Positions 14,381 through 28,600 of a DNA stretch of 64,000 nucleotides are shown here, one piece after another. Source of the stretch: Octopus sinensis (Eukaryota); assembly GCF_006345805.1 (NCBI RefSeq), contig NC_042998.1, forward strand, positions 49,104,001 through 49,168,000, written 5' to 3'. The translations under genes and the position numbers were made by a program. The notes under the pieces were generated by a model. It worked only from the letters and a program-made list of their open reading frames with translations. It was not told where the DNA came from and made no database searches. Position 1 is the first letter of the stretch. The number at the start of each line of letters is the position of its first letter.

Positions 14381-14436
<56 letters not shown>

Positions 14437-17400
14437 GTTTGTTTCATTTTATCTACTAATGTAGGCTATAAGTCCGGTGTTTGGCTTTACACATTGTAAT
14501 CTCATGAAAGAAATCACCCTTTGGATTGAACACCAAACTATTGCAGTCAAACTGCTAGAAGGAATGATACATATTCCCAACAGATTGGTAAATTAAGGTA
14601 GGCAAAAATCAATGTGTCAGATATGAAAAAAATAATCATGACCCAGTTATTTGTCCACTCATCCAAACATATACATACACCTTCTCTTTCTCCAATACAC
14701 ATACACAAAAACGTATCTCTCTATGCATGCGCATGCACACACACGAACACACACACACACGAACACACACACACAGACATGCACGTGCGCACACACACAT
14801 ATTACAAGGAACAAATCTATTTCTTCTAGACAAATCCTTCTTTCCAATGCAAAAATTTGATCATTTGTAAAGAGATGACAGAGAACTGAGTTATGCAGTG
14901 CACTGCTGTACTCGAGAAGACTCATCCATCACATCATCATTTAATGTCTATTTTCCATGTTAGCATGGGTTGGACGGTTCAACCGGGGTCTGGGAGGCCC
15001 GGAGGCTGCACCAGGCTCCAGTCTGATCTGGCAGTGTTTCTACAGCTGGATGCCCTTCCTAACGCCAACCACTCCGTGAGTGTAGTGGGTTCTTTTTATG
15101 TGCCAACGGCACAGGGGTCAGGGGAGGATGGCAAACGGCCAGGATCGGTTGGTGCTTTTACAATCAGGCGGTGCTGAGCGGAATTGAAATCCTAAAACCA
15201 AGATGGCATGCAAAAAGCACTGGTGCCACTTACAAAAAGCACTGGTGATGGTGCCACATAAAAAGCACTCAGTACATTCTGTGAAGTGGTTGGCATTAGG
15301 AAGGGCATCCAGACATAGAAACCAAACAGACTATGGAACCTAATGCAGTTCCTGGTCTTGCTAGTTTCTGTCAAGCCATCCAACCCATGCCAGCATGGAA
15401 AACAGACATTAAATGTTGATGACAATGACAAATGATAACAGATGTAGCACATCTGCTATGACAATTTAATTCAAAGTTATTACATAGTTAATATATGTTG
15501 ACATATTTAATTAATTTATAAGCTTCTGGATGGCCTAATAGTTAAAGATGATGTGATAAGTTTTAAAAAGTTGGTAAGACAAAACTAAGTTCTTACCGTG
15601 CACGTCCACAAATAACTGTCTGTGCCCAGGGACGCATTATCTCCATGAAGGAATCACGATCAAAGAAGCCGCTGATCCAGTCACCATCTACAAAAGAAAT
15701 TAGGTCATTTGATTCATTTTAAATTTATTCATTGCTTGTAATAACAATGTGACAGCAATAGCCATATACAACACTATAGATTATAAAAATTATAACATGT
15801 TAATGTGTGGAGTGTTGAATTCGTGACTGTAAAATTATGGTTTCAATTCCTGCACCAGGCAATGCATAATTTTCTTGAGCAAAACACTTCATTTCATGTT
15901 GCTCCAGTTCATTCAACTGGTGAAAACAAGAAATCTTGCAATAGACAAGCATCCCATCCAGGGAGGAATATCATCATTATCAATTAATGTCTGCTAGCCA
16001 TGCTGGCATGGGTTGGATGGTTTGACAGGAGCTAACTAAGCAAAGATTGCACCATGCTTTGCTGTCTGTTTTGACATTGTTTTCACAGCTGAATGCCATT
16101 CCTAACATCAACCACCCAGCAAAGTGGACTGAGTGCTTTTTACATGGCACCAGCACAGGTGAAGTTGGTCTTGGCATAGTTTTTTTTTTTTTTTTACAGC
16201 TGGAGCCCTTCCAAACGCCAACCACTTTACAGTGCAGACTGGATGCTTTTTATATGACACCAGCACCATATATGTCATGGAAACCTGCCCTGTGAGTCTA
16301 AATGACTCAAAAAGGATCATTGTCCTTTCCCTTTGTTTTTTCAAAAATATTAATGTGGCATCATGAACGCTTTCTGAAAGGAACTATTTCAGTTATTGAA
16401 GAAAATAATTATAACACTTACAAGCTACACATTAACTCAGTTGTTATTTAGATATGAAATTAGTTTTAGGGATACAACTATAACAATAAATAAATATATA
16501 TTTCCCCCCCATAACTCCTGCTCCTTATGCAATCTTGCGAACACCCCATTTACCCACTTCTACTTACCACATATCTTGAAAGGCCACCTGGACCTCATCT
16601 CAACCTTCTTATCTATCTTATTGCAACACTAGCTGATCATGATCATTCTTTCCCTCCTATAATAAATGTAAGCAACTGTGTCACTTTTCTACAAGAACCT
16701 GCTCTGTCCCAACCCTATCTCTCATACTTTAACTCCCTCAGATTTGAAGTCCTGGATGCTGCAAGGCAACCTCAATAGTACTGGTGGTATGTAAAAAAAG
16801 TACCCAGTGCATGCTAAAAAGTGGCTGGTGTTAGGAAGGGCATCCATCCATAGAAACCATACCAAAGCAGACATCAGAGTATAGCACAGTTCCTGAACCC
16901 ACTGAGTCTTATCAAATCACCTAACCACCAGGGAATATGGACATTAAATGATGATGATCATCATCATCATCGTTTAACATCCGCTTTCCATGCTAGCATG
17001 GGTTGGACGATTTGACTGAGGGTTGGTGAATCAGATGGCTGCACCAGGCTTCGATCTAGATCTGGCAGAGTTTCTACAGCCGGATGCCCTTCCTAACGCC
17101 AACCACTCCAAGAGTGTAGCGGGTGCTTTTACATGCCACCAGCACAGGGCCAGTCAAGCGGTACTGGCAACGACCTCACTTGAATCTTTTTACACATGCC
17201 ACTGGCACAGGTGCCGGTAAGGCAATGCTGGTAAGGATCACGCTCAAATGGTGCCTTTTACATACCACCGGCACGGAGGCCAGTTGGCCGCTCTGGCAAT
17301 GATCACGCTCAGATGGTGCTCTTAGCACCCTACTAGCATGGGGCTCAAGTGCCAGTAAGGTGGCACTGGTAACAATCACACTCGAATGGTGTCTTTTATG

Positions 17401-19072
17401 TGCCACTGGCACGAAAGCTGGTTAGCCACTCTACAACCATGATGGCGGCACGTAAAAAGCACCCAGTACACTCTGTTAAGAGGTTGGTGTCAGGAAGGGC
17501 ATCCAGCCGTAGAAACCATACAACAATAGATAATCAGTCTGGACAGCTTTGTTAGCCAGTTCCATGTCAAACTGTCCAACCCATGCCAGCATGGATAGCT
17601 GATGTAAACGATCATAATGACGATGACATCTAATTTCTTTGAAGAATGATTCCAGATAACAGATTTTATATTACTGAGACTATCTGAGAACTGTAAATAC
17701 ATGAAAAAAGTAAAAAATGAACTTACTTGTGTCTTTCTTGCCGCAAAGCATCATACGAGGATTGTAACAGGTTTTACTTGGAATAAATTCAATGGTACGA
17801 TCAACTGGATCAAGAGGACGAACAATTGGCAGTGGTCCACCGTGAAACTAAATAAAATAGGAAATTAACTGAGATTTAATCAAAATCATGGTATTATATT
17901 TTATAACAAATTTTTCCAACATTTTCAAGTCAAAATGTTCTAAGGGACACAGTAACTAATAACATCTTTTATTTGTTTCAGTCGAAGGACTGCAACAATG
18001 CTGGAACACATCCTTGAAGGGGTTAGTGGAACAAATCTACCCCTGTACTTTTTTTTCTCTCATAAGTAGTACTTATTTTATCAATCCCTGTTGTCAACTA
18101 CTAAGTTACAGGGACAAATACACACACATACACATATATATTTGAAATATAAAGAAAGGAGGCATAGGATGTTTTGTTTTGGTTTACTAGGATTTGTAGC
18201 CTGATTCAGTAAAGGAGCTTTTTGTGAATAACACATCCATATATTGTACATTAAATTTACACAACACACACACACACACACATTAGTTTCCATCTACCAA
18301 AACCACTCACAAGGCATTGTGCAGCTTGTGGCTTTTCTAGAAGACACTTGCTCGAGGTACCATGCAATGGGACTGAACCTGAAACCACATGGTTGCAAAG
18401 TGAGCTTCTTAACCACACAGCCATGCCTACAGCAAAAACTAAATTCATTAAAACAAATCATGTAACAGTAAGGCCTAGATAACAAAGCTGAAGGATTTAG
18501 ACAAAATTAACGTTTAGTGTAAAAGCTACAAGATGCAATAGGTTTAATATAACCAAATATATCCCTTTTCTAATGAAATTAACACAGATCTGCTGGATTT
18601 ACAATATCAAGCATTTGCATAATTCGTGATTTGTTAAAACATGTGCTTTATGACATTAGAGAGTCCTGAATGTTGTTCTTTTAGATTAGTCCTCTGTATT
18701 TCTGTTGTATAATCACAGATCAGTAACATAGAGAACAGAATCCAGGAGAGTATATGACTGATTAGTAAACCTTTTAGGCATAGGAGTGGCTGTGTAGTAG
18801 GCATAAGAGTGGCTGTGTGGTAAGTAGCTTGCTTACGAACTACATGGTTCCAGGTTTAGTCCCACTGCGTGGCACCTTGGGCAAGTGTCTTTTACTATAG
18901 CCTCGGGCCAACCAAAGCCTTGTGAGTGGATTTGGTAGACAGAAACTGAAAGAAGCCTATTGTATGTATATGCATATATATATATATATAAATAGATGAT
19001 TGTATTTTTCCCTTGTTAACAATAAACATGGGAAAAATATTTGAATTATACCTGCGTTAAACTCCATTTATT

Positions 19073-19103
<31 letters not shown>

Positions 19104-22100
19104 CTGTGTTTGTCCCCCAACATCGCTTGACAACTGATGCTTGTGTTTACATCCCCGTAACTTAGCGGTTCGGCAAAAGAGACCGATAGAATAAGTACTG
19201 GGCTTACAAAGAATAAGTCCTGGGATCAATTTGCTCAACTAAAGGCGATGCTCCAGCATGGCCACAATCAAATGACTGAAACAAGTAAAGGAGTAAAAAA
19301 GTAATCAACACTAATATCTATCTTTGTAATTTCCTATATTTTCATTTTATCATAATTCCTCTTCCTCCTCATCATCATCATCATTTAGCACCTGTTTTCC
19401 ATAGTAGCATGAGTAAGATGGTTTGACCAGAGCTGATAAGCCAGAGAGCTGCACCAGACTCCAGTCTGTTTTGGCTTGATTTCTATAGCTGGATGCCTTT
19501 TCAAATGCCATCCACTCCACAGAGTGTACTAGGTGCCTCTTATGTGTCACCAGCATAGGTGCTGTTAACATGTTACCAACACAGGTACCTCTCATGCGTC
19601 ACTGGCACATGTGCCTTTTAACTGTCACCAGCATAAGTGCCATTAATGTATCACCAGCATAAGTGCCATTAATGTATCACCAGCACAGGTGCCTCTTATG
19701 TATCCCCAGCACATGTGCCTTTAATGTGTCACCAGCACTGGCCATGACTACAATTTCACTTAACTTGACGTGTCTTTTCAAGCACAGCAAATCACCAAAA
19801 TTACTTATCTGTTCTAAGTTTGCTAGATATAGTATCCTACACTCCAACAACTCTGTATCCCAAAAGCTAAGCTTCTTTGTACTAGAAAATACTTTATTTG
19901 CTTCAACAATAGCAAATATGTCAATTTTACCCAAATTGCCATGAAAATACATATGCATAGGATTCACGCAGAGATTTTAAAAAAGAGTTTCAATAGAGAT
20001 TTTGAATGAAGGAACTTGGTCTAGTGGTGAGAGTAAAGTAAACACAACTGTAAGACCATGGTTTTGATTCCTGAACCAAGCACCGCATTGCATTCTTCAG
20101 CAAGACACTCCATTTCATACTGCTTCAGACGCCACAATTGTAAATGAGTTCCAGTAATAACTAGGAAGTTAACACTGCAAAGGACTAGAGTCCTGTTCAA
20201 GGGCAAAGGAGTGTTGTAATCTCAGTCATTTATGCATCATGGAAACTGGATTAAACATGAATCCTGGAGCTCATAATTGACCTAACCTCAGAGATTTTGC
20301 GGATTCATCAAGACTGAACAAAGAATACATTTACTTTTGTATCCATGCGCACTTTAGAAAACATAAACATGTATTTAATATCATGATTATCATTTAACAT
20401 CTGTTTTTCCATGCTGGCATGGGTTGGATGGTTTGACAGGAGCTAAGTAGCTGAAGGGCTGTTCAGACTCCATGTCTGTTTTGGCATGGTTTCTACAGCT
20501 GGATGCCCTTCCGAATGCTAACCATTTTACAGAGTGTACTGGGTGCTTTTCATATATGGATTTGATGTTATAGTTTTGATTCGATATTTAACCCTTTAGC
20601 ACTAGCCATATCTGGCCAAAATGTTCCACCTGTTTAATGTTCATACTGGCCACATCCAGCCTCTCACACCTACTCTGCAATGTCAGTCTAAAAATATACA
20701 ATTAAGTCATTGAAATCTTGAAGCCAATGTGAATAAAAAAGCATTGCATTTGACTAAGTAATCTGAATGTTAAACAGTTAATATTGATTTACCTTAGGCA
20801 TGTAAGAGAGCCACTGTAATATTTTGTAAACTCCCTCAAAATCATCTGAGGCCACATCATGGGAAACACCATTATTGTGCATGATTTGGATACCACCCAA
20901 CTGAGTGTTGCTTGTATACACTTCTCGGCCAAGCACCTATAAAAAGAAGATGGAAAATAAAATTTTGAAAAAGATGACATTTTAAGATGGAGATTCAAAA
21001 ATACTAAAGTTTTAAAAAAAAATTATTTTCTAAACTATCAGAAAGTTCAAGTAATTCCTAACAATGAATCTGATAAATTTCTTCCAATAACCAAATATCT
21101 TTAGAAAGATAATGAATATATATGTATGGCACCAGAGGAATATAAACAAGACAAAAATAACTGTAAAGGTGCAACACTAAACTCACTATGAGAAAGTATA
21201 TACAAACACACACACATACACACACGAGAGTGTGCTGAAAAGTTCCTGGCTTTGGGTAAAAGAAAATACAGAAGGATCAGTAAATTATGATTTCATTCAC
21301 CATATTCCCTTCACAGATTCACACTCACATTGCAGCGGTACTTCAGTTTTTCTAAGCCCTGTAAAAGGGTTCGGAAGGTTGGGCCTTTCACGATGCCCTA
21401 AAACCCAAGAACTTTTCAGTACCCCCTTGTGTGTGCATGTATACTTTATTTGTGGGTTAACCAGGCTACCATTGGTTTCATGCAAAGAGAGGTATATCTC
21501 TTCAAAGATGGAAACCAACACCAACATCCCATGCAATAGGCTTGAAAATTGTGAAAAGATATACCTCTCTTAACATGAAACTAACTGTAGCCTGGTTAAC
21601 CCACACAAATAAAGAATGTTTATCCACTAATGTGGTGTTGAGCACTCATTCTTATTGTTCAATACTAACATGTGTGTATGTGTGTGTATGAGTGTGTGCG
21701 TGTGTGTGTATGTATATAATATATTCATTCAAAATGTGACCGCATGTGTACCATTGGCGATTTTTTTCCTCTGTCTTCCCTCCCTTGGATCTTTCTTTTT
21801 CCTATGTTTCTAACGAAGAGCTCCGCTCATAACGTCAAATCCTCCTTCTTTCCTTCCTTTCCTGAGCATCCAATAACACTATACTTGTTCCACGTCCTCG
21901 CGTTGTTGTGTTTTCATGTTTGGATTAACTTTATATATATATATCATCATCATCATCATCATCGTTTAGCGTCCGTTTTCCATGCTAGCATGGGTTGGAC
22001 GGTTCTACTGGGGTCTGTGAAGCCAGAAGGCTTCATCAGGCCCAGTCAAATCTGGCAGTGTTTCTACGGCTGGATGCCCTTCCTAACGCCAACCACTCCG

Positions 22101-22610
22101 TGAGTGTAGTGGGTGCTTTTTACGTGCCACCATATATATATATTTAAAATCTAGAGGGTTACCTTCAGTTGTGGAGTATGAAATAGTTAGTGAAGACTGG
22201 AGTTGTTTGCTATTACATTTACTCCACAGTTTACAGTCATAACACTTGTGAAAAAATATGACTAGATGACTAAGGGTTTCTTATTATATAATCAATATAA
22301 CATAATCAATAAGACAGTATCATTGCTCTCTTCCGTGTTTTCCAACTTATTTTATGATCTGTCACCCAAACGTTATGGAAACAGCTGTAAACCATGCAGT
22401 AAATGTCTTATACTAACTATTTTATATGTGAACAGTGCACCCTCCATAGATCAAATAAAAGATTAGGTCCAAAATTCCAAAACAGCTGAGGTCAACACAA
22501 GACACCTGAAGAAGGCTGGAGCATACAACAGCCGAAATGTAGTGAAAGCAGTCAAGATGAGGACACCAGACTAATATAAACAATATACATTGTACTCTAT
22601 TTTTCACTTG

Positions 22611-22648
<38 letters not shown>

Positions 22649-25600
22649 AATAAGCATCATTCAATCATAGCCCATGCCAGTGCCGCCTGACTGGCACCCA
22701 TGCTGCTGGCATGTAAAAAGCACCCACTACACTCTCAGAGTAGTTGGCATTAGGGATGGCATCCAGCTGTAGAAACCTAGCCAAATCAGATTCGTGTCTG
22801 GTGCAGCTTCCTGGCTTGCCAGTTCTCAGTCAAACCATCCAACTCATGCCAGCACTGAAAGCAGATGTTAAACGATGACGACGATGATATATATATATAT
22901 ACACACACACCAACATACTTTTAATGTGTGTGTGTATGTGTGTGAGTGTGTGGGTGGGTGTGTACATCTTATAGGTATCTGAGTATCAAAAGGGTCAAGA
23001 TATTTCATAGTAAAAGTGAGACAAACACAATTGACTCTCTACAATTACTGATTGCACTATTTTGTTAACTTGAAAATTTAACAGCTAAATCATTTTATAT
23101 TGCTGCTTACTACCTCTTAAAATAGCTATATCCAAGTGATTTAAATGATTCAAATATGTAATACTATGAGCTAATCAAGGAGTCTCTATGCAATCTCCCA
23201 GCTTGCTAGAAATAGAAACTAAATACATCTCAAATCACAACCTCTCATTATAAAACAAAAACTGGATAATAGTACAGTATGTCTTATTAAAGAAGTTAGT
23301 CATGGTTGGAATGACTTTGACCATATGTTTGTCTGGTCAGGGCAGATCAAGGTTAATAAACAACAGCAACAACAACAACATACAAGTTCAGCTGAAATAT
23401 AATTCAAAAACGGAGTATGGACTTACTTTATTCAGAGCACCAGCACCAGTTAAAATGATATGCGAGTTCTCTACTTGAATAATTCTTTGGCCAAGTCTCA
23501 CAAGATAAGCACCAATGCCAATAGCTCGACAAGTCACCTGAAAAGAAGACGAAAAAAGAGATACACTTCAGAATGATTGAGTTCTTCACTTACACCAGAA
23601 ATATGAAATATACATTTTAGCTGTCATGTATAACACATGAATAGCTGTGTGGTTAAAAAGTTATCTTCCAACCATATAGTTTCAGTTTCAGGTTCAGCCT
23701 CACAGCATGGCACTTTCTGCTATAGTTCTAGGCCAACCAAAGCTTTATGAGTGAATATTATAGATAGAAACTGAAAGAAACAGGTCGTGTGTGCACATGT
23801 GTGTATATGTGTGTGTGTGCATGCGCACCTGCTAGTGTGAGTATGTTTGCATCACCATGTAAATATTGTGGAATTGTTGCAAATGAGTGTCATCCACTTC
23901 CAATATTCAGCAAAAACCTGTCCGGCCACAGAGAAATATTACTCTGCATGGTAACAAGAGTTGGTGGCAGGAAGGACATCTGGCCATAGAAAATCTGCCT
24001 CATGCAGGCATGTAAAAGGGGATGTCAAAAAATGTATGGTGATGATGATGTATGTTATAAGGGCAAAACAACAATAATAATGGAAATGGTATAATAACGG
24101 AGAGGCACACAAAGGACATCTTACTGTTTAACCTATTTCTTTACTACCCACAAGGGGCTAAACACAGAGAGGACAAACAAGGACAGACAAATGGATTAAA
24201 TCGATTATATCGACCCCAGTGCGTATCTGGTACTTATTTAATCGACCCCGAAAGGATGAAAGGCAAAGTCAACCTCGGCGGAATTTGAACTCAGAACATA
24301 GCAGCAGACGAAATACCTATTTCTTTATTACCCACAAGGGGCTAAACATAGAGGGGACAAACAAGGACAGACATAGGTATTAAGTCGATTACATTGACCC
24401 CAGTGCGTAACTGGTACTTATTTAATCGACCCCGAAAGGATGAAAGGCAAAGTCGACCTCGGCGGAATTTGAACTCACAACGTAACGACAGACGAAATAC
24501 CGCTAAGCATTTCGCCCGGCGTGCTAACATTTCTGCCAGCTTGCCACCTTAAAAATATCTTTATTACCCACAAGGGGCTAAACATAGAGGAGACAAGCAA
24601 GGACAGACAAACGGATTAAATCGATTATATCGACACCAGTGCGTAACTGGTACTTATTTAATCGACCCCGAAAGGATGAAAGGCAAAGTCAACCTCGGCG
24701 GAATTTGAACTCAGAACATAGCAGCAGACGAAATACCGCTAAGCATTTTGCCTGGTGTGCTAATGATTCTGCCAGCTCGCCACCTTACTGTTTAACCGTC
24801 ACCAAGCTAATACTAAATGTGAAGCCATGGTGAAAGAAGTTTCACTGGAAATTCACTTTAGGCAGGCAGTTTCCAGCCTCAAACATACAATATTTGGAGT
24901 AGTATGCTCTAAAGCAGCATAACTTTCCTTCAAATGTTGACATTCACAGTAGTGGTGCTGACCAAAGAATGCACTGAATATTAGGACTGATGTATCTTAA
25001 GTTTCAAACAAGATGGAGATTTGTCATAAGACACTTGCAAACCACAAGTCACCACCAGCTACAAACAGCTACTGGACCCCCACACAGACACATACTGGGT
25101 TTTAGGTGAGCAATTCTGTTACAGCACTAAGCTCTTACTTTCACAAATATGTTATATATGTGTGTGGTTGCCATACAAGTTATGTCATAAATGTTGTTGT
25201 CATTCAAAGATTATGGAGTCTTGCTATGTTTAATTGTGAGTTATGTGAAAAAAGTGAGTGCAAAAAGTTGTGTTGTAGATTTATCTACTTGATATGTAGT
25301 CATTGTGTCTTGATGCTGTACAAGTAGCCTGCCGTCTATTCAACCAGAACATATTACATTATATTGGGCTGTCCGGAAAGTTCGTGCCGATTTATAGTAG
25401 CTTACATTTCGACTTATTTTAAAACATGGTTGAGTCCATAAAATAAGATTTGACTACACTTCCATTTAGAGCACAGTTTAAGCTATCTTTTCGTGGAAGA
25501 AGGTTTATGTTCCTATAACCTGTGTTAATTTTGTAACCCTTTAAAATGGAAGATAAGTAAGTTCATTTTCGGCACTTGATGCTTTGGGAACCAAACAAAA

Positions 25601-28600
25601 ATTGCTGCAGTTTGGCTGGGATGAGTTACCCCACCCTTCATATTCATTAGATATTGCTCCTTTGGATTTCCACTTATTCAGGTCTCTGCAGAATAGTCTT
25701 AATGGTAAAAATTTCAATTCCTTGGATGACATAAAAAGATACCTTGATGAATTCTTTGTCATAAAACCACCATAATTCTGGGAAGAGGGTATTTTCAAGT
25801 TAAAGGAAAGAGTGAGACGCATTGTGCAACAAAATGTTTCATATTTGGTTGATTAAGAATGTAATGGCAAGTATTTATTGACCTTTTTCTTTCCTTTAAA
25901 AATCGACACAAACTTTCCGGACAACCCAATAGCTTTTCCTTACCAAAATTAGCTTTAGCCGATTCCAAAGAATTGAATAAAGACAATTATTCCACAGGAA
26001 AAAATGGTTCTTATTTTTATTATAGTAACAGAATTTTTAAATACAATATGCAACAACACTTACCAAACTTATTGTAACAATTTCATCATAAGCTTGAGAC
26101 GTCTCTCCTGCAATCATACCAGAACCCCTCAAGTTTTCAACACCGATTCCATCTTCTTTACCTGAATCAGAAAACATTTTAACATTAATTTCTTAATTTT
26201 AGACTTCCTTAATTATTTATTCATCATTTGTCAGAAAACAACTGAAAAAAATATTAAGAAATTTTTGATTGTCCACATTTCTGAAGTAAGTTATATAATG
26301 GAATAGTATTGATTTATTGAACTATGGACTCCAATCAATAGCTTTAACAAGTTACCATAGCTTGGATGACTCATCATGAAACAAATCAGTTTTTCTTCAG
26401 AGTCTACAATCCTCCTCAAGAGGTCAGAGAAAGGCAAGGCCAAAAAACTTAGCACTACAGTCATCAAAGGTTACTCTTTTACTTGTTTCAGTCATTTGAC
26501 TGCAGCCATGCTGGAGCACTACCTTTAGTCGAGCAAATCGACCCCGGGTCTTATTCTTTGTAAGCCCAGTACTTATTCTATCGGTCTCTTTTGCCGAACC
26601 TCTAAGTGACGGGGACAAAACCACACCAGCATCGGTTGTCAAGCAATGCTAGAGGGACAAACACAGATACACAAACATACACATACACATACATATATAT
26701 ACACATATACGACAGGCTTCTTTCAGTTTCCGTCTACCAAATCCACTCACAAGGCATTGGTCGGCCCGGGGCTATAGCAGAAGACACTTGCCCAAGATGC
26801 CAGCCATGCAGTGGGACTGAACCCGGAACCATGTGGTTGGTAAGCAAGCTACTTACCTCACAGCCACTCCTGCACCTGATGTAGACATCAGAACACAAAG
26901 AAGCAGAACAGATATTGCAAAGTTCTAACATCAGATGCTGCAACAGTTCCAAGCCACAGCCCTGGAGTGGTACATTTTTTTCTCAAACCCAAAAGGATGA
27001 AAGGCAGAGTTGAACTCAGTGAGATTTGAACTCTGAGTGTCGTGAGTTGAAACAAATACCACAAAACATTATATTTTATACTCAAACAACTCTGCTAATT
27101 CAATGTCTATTTACGACAGTGAGCACTCTACTGAAGTGAGTACTATAATGAAGCAATAAACAGATAATGAGCTAAATGTGTATCTGGTTTCAATTCCTAG
27201 ATAAAGCCTTTCACTTCACTTACATCAACAATGATCTTGAGGAAAGTGTGGATCAAAGTTAGTTCCTTCCTCCTATAAATTTAAGACCTTTCATTCTATG
27301 TGTAAAGCTTTTCTTTTATTGGTCTTTGATTAAAGAAATCATTTGATATTAAATGTCATATGATCATAATAGTTATTTACATGCAAACCATAAACAGAAA
27401 TTAATCGCTTCTTTCATAATAGACATGACACTTGAATGACTCGTTACATGTTTGCTTAATTAACAATATACAATTATTTTCAATCCATCAAAATAATTAA
27501 ATATAAGACCATCTTCCTTTTATTTTCATTCTTAATCATTAAAAAACCTCTGAAGAAAAATTACATTATCAATAGGAGTTACAGACAAAATGAAATAGTT
27601 GTTAACTACAGGATCAAGGAGTTGTATACTGAAAGACAATATAGTTTCAGTGAAGTCCTAAACCATACCAAATTATCATTTGGTTAAGAAAATATGAGCA
27701 ATTCATTACTTTACATAACCAAATGCCATCAATTTATTTATTCATGACATTGAGCTCATAAATATGAGCTCAATGTCATACTTTGTTATACTCAACATCA
27801 TCATCAGTATCATTTGACATCTTTTCTTTCAAATTTGGTATTATGCTTCAAGCATTTTTTCTGCAACACCATATATTTCTATGTATACTAATCCTGAATC
27901 ATTTCCCTGATGAGATCCAACATTTTCATCAACCAATCTATCTACTTTATCCCAAGCCTTAATAAGTCTATCTCTACAGATTTGTCTCTCATGAATATAC
28001 ACTGGAAATTCCTTCAATACCCAGTAATTTTTCTCAACTCGTACTCAACCTTTAAAAAAATTTTTGCTGGTCACATGTAACAGGCCATGCTCAAATCACT
28101 CCTTACTATTTTCTAACTCTCACCTCATGGAGTTTTTTTATACACGTTCATATGGATGAGGACATTTGCATAAAGAAGTGCCGAGCTCTAATTGAAGGGT
28201 ACCTGCAGAAGGGGTAGACCAAGGAAGACATGGGATGAAGTAGTGAGAAAGGATCTTTGGATGTTGAGCATCACTGAGGAAATGACAAGGGACTGGGAGA
28301 TGTGGTAATCTTCTGTACTTGGTAAGACACATCGAGCTAAGTAAAATCGCTGTCTTCCACACAAACAGGTTTGTCCTTTCAGGTGCTGGAGCCACTTAAA
28401 AAGCACCTGTGCCAGTGTTGCATTATCGTAAACATGCTGGTACTGTGTTGACATACCCATGCCTGTGCTATGTAGATACACTTGTACCGGTGACATGTAA
28501 AAAGCACCCAGTATAGTGTGAAGTGGTTGATGCTAGGAAGGGCATCAAGCCATAGAAACTATGCCCTAATAGACAGGTGGAGTCTGGACAGCTCCCTGCT

